From Chthoniobacteraceae bacterium (GTDB lineage Bacteria; Verrucomicrobiota; Verrucomicrobiia; Chthoniobacterales; Chthoniobacteraceae), in NCBI GenBank assembly GCA_031409335.1, contig JANNWY010000021.1:1-47274 (forward strand): a stretch of 47,274 bases of DNA, in the 5' to 3' direction. The notes under the pieces are model-generated. The model ran no database searches and was not told the DNA's origin. It saw nothing but the letters and a program-made list of their open reading frames with translations. Within the stretch, counting starts at the first letter, position 1. Each line of letters opens with the position of its first letter. Position numbers and translations under genes: made by a program. This document shows positions 21,290-30,493 of this stretch, one piece after another.

Positions 21290-23080
21290 CTACGGAAAGG
21301 TGAAGCGATAGAATCGGCCATTGAGACTCGCCGCGTCGGCGTCGTCGTATTGGAGATTGCCGGTCGCATCGCTAAAGACGGGAGCGATGGTGAGAAAGCT
21401 GGACCCATCCGGCATCGCGGAGGCTTGCACGGAATGCGCCGCGTTGGGCAGGCCGATGCCTTCGAGCAGGATGTGCCCATTGGCGGGTCGCGTGATGGAA
21501 GTAACTCGCAGGGTGGAGCTGCCAGACTCGAATGCGCCGATGTCGGAAGCGTCGCCGCCCGCCAGACCCGCCACGCCCGGCGTGTCGGTGTATCGCGAAA
21601 AGCCGCGTTGATCCGTGACGATGCCGAAACCGGGGCTGCCGACGTCGATGGCGGGGCTGCCCGCTTGCAGCGCGTGGGTCCGGGTCAATCCGCCATTGTC
21701 GGCCAGCGGATCGAGCAAAGGATTGATCGCTGCGCCGCCGGTGCCACCGAGTAAATCGCCGGAGAGGGTGTTAAAGCCGACGACGCCGGCGTTCACGCTG
21801 CCGATCATGTTGAAACCCTGGGTCGTGAAAGTGCCGGCAGCATCCACGGTCCCGCCGGGAGCATTGAGGCCGGTGTTTCGTGCGATCAGATTATTGCGGC
21901 AGGTCACGGTGCCTCCTGAGGCGACCGCCACACCGCCTCCCGAAGTAGGACACGAGTTGAACGCGATCGTGCAGGAAGACAGGTTGGCCACGCCACTGAC
22001 GGAATTGTAAATCCCTCCACCCCGAATATTCGCGGCGGTGACGGAATTGCCGGAGATCGTCGAATTGGTCAGTGTCAGCGTGCCCGTATTCATGATGCCT
22101 CCACCGCCCGCGCCACCGGTCTGTCCGGCGGCGGTGTTTCCAGAGATGGTGCTGCGGATCACGGTCAAGGTGGCGCTGTTCGACAAGCCTCCGCCGATCC
22201 CGTTCGAGTTGGTCGCCGTATTTCCCGATACGGTGGTCGCCGTCAGCGTCAAAGTGCCTCCGTTTGAAATACCACCGCCATCCGCGAGCGGCGCGAGCAC
22301 TTGGTTGGAATCCACGCTTCCTCCCTGGATCGAAGCCGAGCCCAGATTGTAAATTCCTCCACCGATTCCCACGGCGGAATTTCCCGCGATGCGGGTATTG
22401 GCCATCGTGCAGGAACTGGTGGCTGAAACAAAGACTCCACCGGCGCGCGAACCGGACGCCGTGGCCGAATTACCGGAGATCGTCGAACGCGCCACGGTCA
22501 CCTCCGCGCCGATGGTCGTCGGAGTGCCGATGCCCCCGCCAAAGGACGCACTCGAGTTGTCGCGCACGACGCTGTCGAACACGCCCAGACGGGTGCCCGA
22601 ATCCGCCATGATTCCGCCACCGAAGGCACCCGCGCCGGGTGCGGTGTTGTTGGCCACTACGCAATTGAAGAGAGTCAGGCCGCCCTGTTCGAGATGAATC
22701 CCCCCGCCGTTAGCGGTGGTGGTTCCGTCGGCGATCTTCAGTCCCGAAATCGTGGCCCCAGCGACCCCGGGCGTGGTAATCCGCACCCTCAAAACCCGCC
22801 GCGCATTCGCCCCGCTGATCGTGAGTTGATCCGCGCCCGGTCCGCGGACGGACAGGCTTTTGTTGATCACCAGCTCCGCGCTCGTCAACGTGATGGTGGC
22901 CGGGAGGCTGCTGAGATTGAAATCAATCGTGTCGCCGGAAACAGCGCTCGCCAGCGCCGCGCGCAGACTGCCTGCGCCGGTGTCGTTGGTATTGGTGACG
23001 GTAATCGTCGCGCCCAGGAGAGCGGATTTCCCGCAGAGTGTGAGCGCGAAGACGTGGAGGAGAAATAGTCTGGGTGTCAT
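21290..23080 (-). CDS. Secreted beta-helix protein with choice-of-anchor Q domain
   Basis: Signal peptide, VTNTNDTGAGSLRAAL, many N-x-A...GGGI repeats, LADNGGLTRTHALQAGSPAID, TDQRG, DIGAFE. Confidence 0.88.
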   Translation of the reverse strand: MTPRLFLLHVFALTLCGKSALLGATITVTNTNDTGAGSLRAALASAVSGDTIDFNLSSLPATITLTSAELVINKSLSVRGPGADQLTISGANARRVLRVRITTPGVAGATISGLKIADGTTTANGGGIHLEQGGLTLFNCVVANNTAPGAGAFGGGIMADSGTRLGVFDSVVRDNSSASFGGGIGTPTTIGAEVTVARSTISGNSATASGSRAGGVFVSATSSCTMANTRIAGNSAVGIGGGIYNLGSASIQGGSVDSNQVLAPLADGGGISNGGTLTLTATTVSGNTATNSNGIGGGLSNSATLTVIRSTISGNTAAGQTGGAGGGGIMNTGTLTLTNSTISGNSVTAANIRGGGIYNSVSGVANLSSCTIAFNSCPTSGGGVAVASGGTVTCRNNLIARNTGLNAPGGTVDAAGTFTTQGFNMIGSVNAGVVGFNTLSGDLLGGTGGAAINPLLDPLADNGGLTRTHALQAGSPAIDVGSPGFGIVTDQRGFSRYTDTPGVAGLAGGDASDIGAFESGSSTLRVTSITRPANGHILLEGIGLPNAAHSVQASAMPDGSSFLTIAPVFSDATGNLQYDDADAASLNGRFYRFTFP

Positions 23081-23200
23081 AACTTCAGCGTGTGGCGGAC
23101 ATGGCGAGCGTGAGTGGTGCGGCGACGATGGCGCCGCTCAGTGGGATTTGTAGTTTCATAGGATGTAGCGGGATCGGGATTTTGCGGGTTCGTTTATCCA

Positions 23201-23228
23201 ATGCGGATTTTTCCCGGCAGGCTGGCCA
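23201..23228 (-). promoter_or_regulatory. Candidate ECF promoter TGGCCAG-N15-CCGCAT facing the beta-helix gene
   Basis: Same bipartite motif and spacing as 24200-24227. Confidence 0.6.
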
Positions 23229-23324
23229 AATATTTTTACGAAAACGCGATCAGGGCCGCGACGGGCGGGCGAGTCCTTGAAAACACGGTTCGCTCCGGCA
23301 TAGTTCGGCGCCCCACGTTCCCGA

Positions 23325-23885
23325 ATGAGCACACCCCCTCAGCCACCACCAGACAGCGCCCGCCTTCAGGACATGCCGGCGTCGGAGCTGCTGCCGCTCG
23401 TTTATGAAGAGCTGCGCGGGCTGGCGGTGCGGAAGATGCAGATGGAGGCGCCAGGGCAGACGCTCCAGCCGACGGCGCTGGTGCATGAGGCGTGGCTGCG
23501 GCTTTCGGGCGAACGGGACGTGCGGTTTGAAAATTGCGCGCATTTTTTCGCGGCGGCGGCGGAGGCGATGCGGCGGATTCTCATCGATCGGGCGCGCGCG
23601 CGGCAGGCGTCGAAGCGCGGCGGGAAAATGGAGCGCGTGGATTTGGACGGCGTGGAGTTGGCCATCGCGGCGGACGATGACACGCTGCTCGCGGTCCACG
23701 AGGCGCTGAACCGTCTGGCGGATCACGACGCGGACGCCGCCGCGTTCATTCAGCTCCGCTTTTTTGCCGGGATGACGAATGAGGAAGCAGCGCTGGCCTT
23801 GGGCATCCCGGAGCGGACGGCGCGGCGGCAGTGGAGTTTCGCGCGCGCGTGGCTTTACCGGGACATCCAGCGGCAGAGGGGATGA
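23325..23885 (+). CDS. ECF RNA polymerase sigma factor (TIGR02999-like, kinase-associated)
   Basis: LLPLVYEELR, TLQPTALVHEAWLRL, AEAMRRILIDRAR, LRFFAG, ARAWL. Confidence 0.95.
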   Translation: MSTPPQPPPDSARLQDMPASELLPLVYEELRGLAVRKMQMEAPGQTLQPTALVHEAWLRLSGERDVRFENCAHFFAAAAEAMRRILIDRARARQASKRGGKMERVDLDGVELAIAADDDTLLAVHEALNRLADHDADAAAFIQLRFFAGMTNEEAALALGIPERTARRQWSFARAWLYRDIQRQRG

Positions 23886-23910
23886 AAATGGGCAGTGGCT
23901 CAATTCTCCG

Positions 23911-24132
23911 CCGTCCCGGAGGGACATCAGAAATTAGCCGGTGGTGGAGCGAGTCTGCGAGCGGGAACCACCGGACCCTTGCGCAAATCCAACCCCGCCC
24001 CGGAGGGCGCGGCAGAAGGCATCGCCCGGAGTTCCATCGTCCCTCCGGGACGGGATCGCGTCTGGTGGATGATCCGGTGGTTCCGCTCGCGGACTCGCTC
24101 CACCACCGGCTAATTTCTCTCAAGCCTCCGGC
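23911..24132. repeat. REP/MITE-like inverted repeat between ECF and kinase genes
   Basis: gtcccggagggac palindrome. Arms agaaattagccggtggtggagcgag... (23929-23975) and ...ctcgctccaccaccggctaatttct (24073-24118). Confidence 0.85.
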
Positions 24133-24199
24133 TTAGGGCGGATGGCAGGATGTTTTCAAACCGAGCACTACCTAAAAATGCGGGGCCGGATGATTTTTC

Positions 24200-24227
24200 T
24201 GGCCAGACGCGCCCGCTTTTTCCGCAT
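24200..24227 (+). promoter_or_regulatory. Candidate ECF promoter TGGCCAG-N15-CCGCAT before the kinase gene
   Basis: Exact motif match to 23201-23228 on the opposite strand. Confidence 0.55.
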
Positions 24228-24229
24228 CC

Positions 24230-27200
24230 ATGAGCATCAAAACTGAAACTCTTCAACTGCGGGAAATCTTCGACGACGCTTCGGAAATCGCGGACGCCGG
24301 TGAACGCCGCGCTTTCGTGCGGAAGGCTTGCGGCGAAAATGCGGCCTTGCTCCGCGAGGTGGAGGATCTGCTCGCGGCGCACGATACGGCGGGCGGATTC
24401 TTCGATGCCATGACTCCGACGGAGCGCCCGCCGCTGCCGCCGCCCGACGAGGAAAAAATCGGCAATTACCGGCTGATCGAAAAACTCGGCGAGGGCGGCG
24501 GCGGCATCGTCTGGCTGGCGGAACAATTCGAGCCGGTGCGCCGCCGGGTCGCGCTCAAGATTTTGAAGCCGGGCATGGACACGCGCTCGGTGATCGCGCG
24601 CTTCGAGGCGGAGCGGCAGGCGCTCGCGCTGATGGATCATCCGGGAATCGCGCGCGTGTTCGATGCGGGGACGAGTCCGCTGGGCCGGCCGTTTTTCGTG
24701 ATGGAACTGGTGAGCGGCATTCGCATCACGAAGTTTTGCGACGAGCGCCGCATCGAGACGGCGGCTCGGCTGGAGTTGTTCATCCGCGTCTGCCAGGCCG
24801 TGCAGCACGCGCATCAGAAAGGCATCATTCACCGCGATCTAAAACCGTCGAACATCCTCGTCTCGCCGAGCCCGGATGAAGGCGGAGCGCCGGCGCCGAA
24901 GGTGATTGATTTCGGCATCGCCAAAGCGACCACCGACCTGCGGCTGACGGAAAAAACGCTCGTCACTCACGCGGAAATGCTCATCGGCACGCCCGCTTAC
25001 ATGAGCCCGGAGCAGGCCGAGTTGGGCGCGGTGGAGATCGACACGCGGAGCGATATTTATTCGCTCGGCGTCCTGCTTTACGAACTGCTCACGGGAAAGA
25101 CGCCGTTTGAGAGCGAGACGCTGCTGAAATCCGGCTTCGACGCCATGCGGCGGACGATTCGCGAAACGACGCCGACCCGGCCATCGACGCGGCTGATGAC
25201 GCTGGATGTCGCCGGCCTGACGGAAGTCGCGCGACGGCACCAGGCGGAGCCGGACCGGCTGGTTTCGCTGCTCCAGGGCGACCTCGATTGGATCGTGCTG
25301 AAGGCTTTGGAAAAAGACCGCGCGCGCCGGTATGAATCGGCCAGCGGACTCGCCGCCGATGTGCAGCGTTACCTGCGAAACGAACCGGTGGAAGCGCGTC
25401 CGCCAAGTTCGCTTTACGCACTGCGAAAACTGGTGCGCCGCCACCGCACGGCGTTCGCCGTGGCGGCGGGAGTCGCGATATTGCTCGTGGCGGCCTCGAT
25501 CATCAGCCTTCGTCTGGCCTGGCGCGCATGGGAGGCGGAAGGCCAGCAGCGGGCATTGCGCGCGGTCGCGGAATCCGCCAGACGCGACGCGGAAAATCAC
25601 GCCGAGGAAAACCGGCTGCGACTCGTGCAGTCGCATGTGGCGCGCGGAAACCAACTGATCGGCGAGGGCGATTTTTGCAGCGCCCTGCTTCCGCTGGTGG
25701 ACGCACTGAACCTCGAAGAATCCGCCGGTCAGCCCACCGCAGCCGCAGTGGAGATCCAACGCCGTCGGGTCGGCGCGACGCTGCGCCAGGCTCCGCGGCT
25801 GATGGAGTGCTGGTCTTTCCCGGACGACTCCGGCACCGCGCATTTCAGCCCCGATGGGCGAAAGCTCGTGGCGCTTGAAAAAGGAACGGTGCGCGTGCTC
25901 GATGCGGACACCGGCCAGCCCACGGGAGCGGCTTTCACGCTGGATCAGCCAGCGAGCAAAGTCTGGCTCCCGCTGCCGGATCGCGTGCTCGTGGCCGATG
26001 CCGCCGGACGCCTGCGTTTGTGGGACGCCACCACCGGCCAGCCGGCCACGCCGGTGATGGACACGCGCAGCGCCTCCGATCGCGGAGCACAGTATGACGC
26101 CGACCGCTGGGATGTTTCGCCCGATGGCCGCTGGTTGCTGGCTCCAGTTGAAGGCGGCGCGCGCCTCTTCGATCTCGCCACGGGCCTGCCAACCGGGCCG
26201 TTGATGGCCGAAGGTCTGGCGATTTACCAGCTCGGATTCAGCCCGGATGGCGGAAGCGCTTTTCTTTCATGTTGGGGCGGCGGTGGCTTGCGCCAAATCG
26301 AAGTGCCCTCCGGCAGCGTGCTCTGGCAGGGGCCATTCGCTGAAAAAACCACCGCCGTCGCGTTTGCGATCAGCCTCGACGGCGCGCGGCTGGCCATCGT
26401 CTCGGGCAAAAATATCGCGGCTCTCGATCTCTGGGATTTGGTGGAAAAGAAACCGCTCCACAGCCTCGTGACGGATGGCTACATCGTCGATTGCGCCTTC
26501 ACGCCCGATAGCCGGCGCCTCGTGGTGGCCAATCGCGCGCGGACGCAGGTGTTCGATGTCGCGACCGGAAAGGTCGTCGGCGAGCCGGTGGCGCATCGGA
26601 GTTTTGTCACGTCCGTCGCAGTGAGCCCGGATGGGAAAACTTTCGCGTCCACCACTTTCGAAAACGTGACGCGCATCCACGACACCACCACGGGCCAGCC
26701 GCGGTCTCCCGTGTTTCACCACCCGGGCCGCGTGGAAGAAATTCAGTTCGGCCTGGATGGCCGGCGTTTTCTCACGCGCAGCCTCGGCGGCATCACGCGC
26801 TTGTGGGACGTTTCCGGCGCGGATGCCGTGCGGCTTTCCCTCCCGCACGGCGGCCAGGTGCAGGCGATGGAATTCAGCGGCGATGGTCTGCGAATCCTAA
26901 GTTGCAGCCGCGATGGCACCGCGTGCGTCCGCGAAGTCGCCACCGGGCGGCTGCTCGCCCGCTGCACGCACCCCGCTCCGGTGGTCGCCGGCCATTTCAG
27001 TCCCGATGGAAAGACGATCGTCACGGGATGCAGCGACGGCAGCGTGCGGATTTGGCGAGCCGGCGAAAGCGAATCGCTGATCGCATCCGCCCAGCACACC
27101 GCCGCAGTGCGGCAGGTGAGTTTCAGCCCGGACGGGCAACTCGTGCTCTCGTGCAGCGATGACAAAACCGCCCGCCTCTGGACCGCCGCGACCGGAGCCC

Positions 27201-27952
27201 CCGCTGGCCCCGCCCTCACCCATCGCAGCGCCGTGTGGTGCGCCGTTTTCAGCCCCGATGGCCGCCGCTTCGCCACCGGCGCAGACCGCGAAGCCAGCCT
27301 CTGGGACCCCGCCACTTGCAAGCGAATCGGCCAGCCTCTGCCGCACGACCGCATCGTCACCGCCGCCGCCTTCACGCCCGACGGAACCCGACTCGCCACC
27401 GCCCAGCTCCGCTCCATTCAGCTTTTTGAAACGGCCACCGGAAAACGCCTCGGCCCGCCCATTCCCAGCGACGACGTGACCTCCACCCTGCGCGCCAGCC
27501 CCGACGGCAGCCGCATCCTCGCAGCATCATGGCTCGGCACCGCCTCGCTCTTCGACCTCGGCACCGGAATGCCCGTCGCACCCGCTCTGCAACACCGACT
27601 GAAAGTGAATGCCGCCAAGTTTAGCCCGGATGGGAAAATGATCCTCACCTTCAGCGAAGACGGCACCGCCCAAGTCTGGGAAACCGCCACCGGCCAGCCC
27701 GTCACGCCACCGCTCCGGCACGGCGGGAATGTCGTCTGCGGAGCCTGGAGCCCCGACGAAAGCCTCGTCGCCACCGGTTCCTCCGATGGCACCGTCCGCC
27801 TCTGGGATCTTGCCCCGATTTCAGAACCCGTCGCCGACCTGCGCCTGTCCGCGGAACTTCTCTCCACGCGAAAACTGCAAGCCGGAGCCGGAGCCATCGC
27901 CCTCACCAGCGCCGAGATCGAGGATCGCTGGCGGAAGCAGGCAAAGCGTTAG
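24230..27952 (+). CDS. Hanks-type Ser/Thr protein kinase with TM helix and WD40 repeats
   Basis: LGEGGGG, VALK, HRDLKPSN, DFGIAK, GTPAYMSPEQ, SDIYSLG, a hydrophobic segment, and many FSPDG...WD repeats. Confidence 0.95.
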   Translation: MSIKTETLQLREIFDDASEIADAGERRAFVRKACGENAALLREVEDLLAAHDTAGGFFDAMTPTERPPLPPPDEEKIGNYRLIEKLGEGGGGIVWLAEQFEPVRRRVALKILKPGMDTRSVIARFEAERQALALMDHPGIARVFDAGTSPLGRPFFVMELVSGIRITKFCDERRIETAARLELFIRVCQAVQHAHQKGIIHRDLKPSNILVSPSPDEGGAPAPKVIDFGIAKATTDLRLTEKTLVTHAEMLIGTPAYMSPEQAELGAVEIDTRSDIYSLGVLLYELLTGKTPFESETLLKSGFDAMRRTIRETTPTRPSTRLMTLDVAGLTEVARRHQAEPDRLVSLLQGDLDWIVLKALEKDRARRYESASGLAADVQRYLRNEPVEARPPSSLYALRKLVRRHRTAFAVAAGVAILLVAASIISLRLAWRAWEAEGQQRALRAVAESARRDAENHAEENRLRLVQSHVARGNQLIGEGDFCSALLPLVDALNLEESAGQPTAAAVEIQRRRVGATLRQAPRLMECWSFPDDSGTAHFSPDGRKLVALEKGTVRVLDADTGQPTGAAFTLDQPASKVWLPLPDRVLVADAAGRLRLWDATTGQPATPVMDTRSASDRGAQYDADRWDVSPDGRWLLAPVEGGARLFDLATGLPTGPLMAEGLAIYQLGFSPDGGSAFLSCWGGGGLRQIEVPSGSVLWQGPFAEKTTAVAFAISLDGARLAIVSGKNIAALDLWDLVEKKPLHSLVTDGYIVDCAFTPDSRRLVVANRARTQVFDVATGKVVGEPVAHRSFVTSVAVSPDGKTFASTTFENVTRIHDTTTGQPRSPVFHHPGRVEEIQFGLDGRRFLTRSLGGITRLWDVSGADAVRLSLPHGGQVQAMEFSGDGLRILSCSRDGTACVREVATGRLLARCTHPAPVVAGHFSPDGKTIVTGCSDGSVRIWRAGESESLIASAQHTAAVRQVSFSPDGQLVLSCSDDKTARLWTAATGAPAGPALTHRSAVWCAVFSPDGRRFATGADREASLWDPATCKRIGQPLPHDRIVTAAAFTPDGTRLATAQLRSIQLFETATGKRLGPPIPSDDVTSTLRASPDGSRILAASWLGTASLFDLGTGMPVAPALQHRLKVNAAKFSPDGKMILTFSEDGTAQVWETATGQPVTPPLRHGGNVVCGAWSPDESLVATGSSDGTVRLWDLAPISEPVADLRLSAELLSTRKLQAGAGAIALTSAEIEDRWRKQAKR

Positions 27953-28229
27953 CCGATCTTTCGCACTTGTGCGTCCGAGGATCCCTCCGTCAGAGAGGCC
28001 GGGCGGATTTTGTGGCAAAGGTCGGCCACACAAAATCGCGCGACACTCGCTCTTCAGCCTGCGGGCGGAGGGGCGGCGCGGATGCGGGGCGGGGGTTGGG
28101 CGGGCAGGGTCCAGCCCAGTTGCAGGAGCAGGGCGGCTTGTTCTTTTTCGGGTTCGGTGATGCGCGGCAGCACCAGGCGGCGGCCGTCGCGGGTGTCGAA
28201 CTCCACGTCCACCATGACGATGGCGCGCA

Positions 28230-28254
28230 GCGGCTGCCCTAGCGCAGCCGAAGG
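28230..28254 (-). repeat. 25-bp palindromic mini-insertion (family A)
   Basis: ccttcggctgcgctagggcagccgc. Removal restores QVLTHLRAIVMVDVE. Confidence 0.8.
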
Positions 28255-28340
28255 GGTGGGTGAGCACTTGCCAGGGCGTGAGGCTCGGGGCGCGCGGGGC
28301 GGCGAGTTTTTTCAGGCACACCCACATCGCGTAGCCGAGG

Positions 28341-28432
28341 AGCCGAGCGTAGCGAGACAGCCAGCCGAAGGCTGCCCCGAAGCGAAGCGGAGGGGTGAGC
28401 GCCGCAACGGGGCGATGTGGGCGGCGTGAAGC
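28341..28432 (-). repeat. 92-bp palindromic mini-insertion (family B)
   Basis: Ends ...ggctgtctcgctacgctcggct. Removal restores AHILVAFLGYAMW. Confidence 0.85.
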
Positions 28433-29175
28433 AACGCGACCAGGATGTGAGCTTCGACGCGTTCCTCTTTCCAATGCCAGATGGGGCGCACTTTGATTTC
28501 GCTTTTCAAGGTGCGGAAGGCGGCCTCGGCTTCGGTAAGCTGGATGTAGGCGGCCCAGAGCGCGGCGGGGTCGTTCTGGCCGGGCCAGTGCGCGCGCAGC
28601 AGATACGCGCCGTCGCGGGCGACCGAGGCTCGCCATTTGTCGCGGTCCCATTCCCACTCGACGCGGCCGTCGCGCAGTTCGTAGCGGAGTAAAAAGCGGC
28701 GCATCGGCCGGTGGCGCTCCTCCAGCCACGCCATGCGGCGCTCGATGGTGCGCGCGTCGGTGCGCGCGCCGCCGCATGGCGTGCTCTTTTTCCACGCGGC
28801 CCGCGCTGCGGCAGAGCACGTAGATTTCCTCCGAGTCGGGGCAGAGCTTGACTTCGACTTCGCCGCTCGCCCGCGTCCAGTCCGCGTCGGTGAGATGCTG
28901 CTCGAAGTCGCGCAGCTTGGGCTTGGGCGTGCCCACTAGGTAATGTGCGCCACGTTCGCGCAACCACGCGAGATTTTCCTCGCTGGTGATGCCGCAGTCG
29001 AAGAACCACACGCGCCGCGCCGCGCCGTGTTTGCTTTCCACCTGCTCGACGATCGTCTTGAGCGTGCTCACGTCCACGGTGTCGCCGCTGAAGATTTCGT
29101 AGGTGAGCGGGAACCCCTCGGGCTTGACGATGAGCGCGATGACGAGCTGCTTGCAATCGGGCCGGTGATCGCGCG

Positions 29176-29243
29176 AATCGAGCGGAGCGAGATAGCCAAA
29201 GGGCGGAGCCTTTGCCCGAAGGGCAGCGCCGGAGGGCGCTGGC
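29176..29243 (-). repeat. 68-bp palindromic mini-insertion (family B)
   Basis: Ends ...ggctatctcgctccgctcgatt, with ATT at both junctions. Removal restores RGYSRDHRPD. Confidence 0.88.
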
Positions 29244-29312
29244 AATAGCCGCGCCGCGCCTTGGGGATGGTGTCCGCGCTGCCCTCGAAATACGTGCTCG
29301 TCAGATCGTAGA

Positions 29313-29352
29313 GCCGTTTCGACAAGCTCAAGGCCCTGAGCGGAGCCGAAGG
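29313..29352 (-). repeat. 40-bp REP-like mini-insertion (family A)
   Basis: ccttcggctccgctcagggccttgagcttgtcgaaacggc, with GC at both junctions. Removal restores FDVVLYDLTSTYFEG. Confidence 0.88.
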
Positions 29353-30222
29353 GCACCACGTCGAAGCTCGCGTTGAAAAGATCCTTCCAGCGCGCGGCGA
29401 CGTGCTGCTCGATCGCCGCCTTGTGCTCCACGAGCCGATCCGGGCAGCGGTAAAGGCGATCCTTTTCCGCCGCCGCAAAATCGCAGTCCAGCAACACGTC
29501 CATCGCCGTCTGCGGAAACCATTTCTCGTGGACGAAAAGTTCACTGCGCGGATCCAGCAGACGGTTCACCGCGAGCAGCTCGAGCACCTTCTCCCACGGC
29601 ACCTCGCCGCGCTCCTCGCCCAGCCGCGCGCGCCAGAACTCATCGAGCCCCAGTGCGCGCCACAGCCGGCATCCCGCCCAGCAATCCCCGAAACGCCGCG
29701 GCGCGCACCCGCAGCGAGGACAGCCGCACCTCCACCACATCGTCCGCATCGGGCGGCGCCGCGCCATCGCGATCCGTGAAGAGCTGGCGCTGGAGCCGTG
29801 CCCCGTCCTCCTCATTGAGGATCTCCAGCGTGCGCTGCCAGCTCGCCGTCTGCGTTGTGTTCAACTCGCCGAGGTGAAGCACCTGGCGCTGCACCACGCG
29901 GCCCGAATGCACGCGCAGACTTTCGCACAGCGCGTAGTGGACATGCTCTTTTCCGTCCTTCCTGCGGACACGGCGTTTGAGAAACATGCCCTCCGATGAT
30001 AGCCCCGCCGCCATGAAAGCAAGAGGGCAGGTCGGCCCACAGGGGGGTGGCGCATTTTGGGAGAAGAACGACCAAACAGCCAGAACGCTTTACGCCAGGC
30101 GGACCCACGAAAATATTCCAAAATGCCCGATATCTGCGAAAGTTGGGCTAGAGTTCCCGTCCTCACAATTTGTGATTTCCGTGTCAGAAGTTGTGGCCTG
30201 TTTGCAGACTGCCATTTCGGCC

Positions 30223-30425
30223 AGCCCAAAGGGCTGAGACAAGCCAGCCCAGGGCAAGGAGCGCAGCGACACCGCCCTGGGTGATGTGTGGAAAAAGGGC
30301 CAAGCGCTGAAGGGCGACACAAAAGCGCACATGCTTTGTGTCGCCCCTACAGGGCTTTGCGCGTGTGTCGCGGGTGAACCCAGAGCGTTGCCCCTGAGCT
30401 GGTTTGTTGGCTCACCTTTGGTGCT
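30223..30425. repeat. REP/MITE-like inverted repeat related to the 6823-7041 element
   Basis: agcccaaagggc...agcccagggcaa...gccctgggt...gcgctgaagggcgacacaaa / tttgtgtcgcccctacagggct... Confidence 0.75.
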
Positions 30426-30493
30426 CAAGACTGCCTCGCTCGTGTGACTCGCATTTCAGAAAACCTGATGCGCGGCAGTATGATCGAATTCTC

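Larger units (their letters stand above)
28054..29987 (-). pseudogene. IS1634-family DDE transposase pseudogene
   Basis: MFLKRRVRRKDGKEH..., YDLTSTYFEG, GYSRDHRPDCKQ, EAAFRTLKSE...RPIWH...RVEAHI. Disrupted by a frameshift near 29703, a deletion near 28762 and four small insertions. Confidence 0.9.
27952..30148 (-). mobile_element. IS1634-family insertion sequence, decayed
   Basis: 14-bp imperfect terminal inverted repeats gccgatctttcgca (27952-27965) and tgcgaaagttgggc (30135-30148), each flanked by TA, enclosing a transposase pseudogene. Confidence 0.85.

Noticed and set aside
28230..29352. Mini-inserts as self-splicing introns or CRISPR repeats
   Set aside because: Too short for group I/II cores, not regularly spaced or identical, and other lesions in the gene mean removal alone would not restore function.
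27821..29815. 664-aa ORF as an intact transposase
   Set aside because: It is open only because indels compensate (40+68 bp is a multiple of three). The YDLTS and EAAFR catalytic segments lie in other frames.
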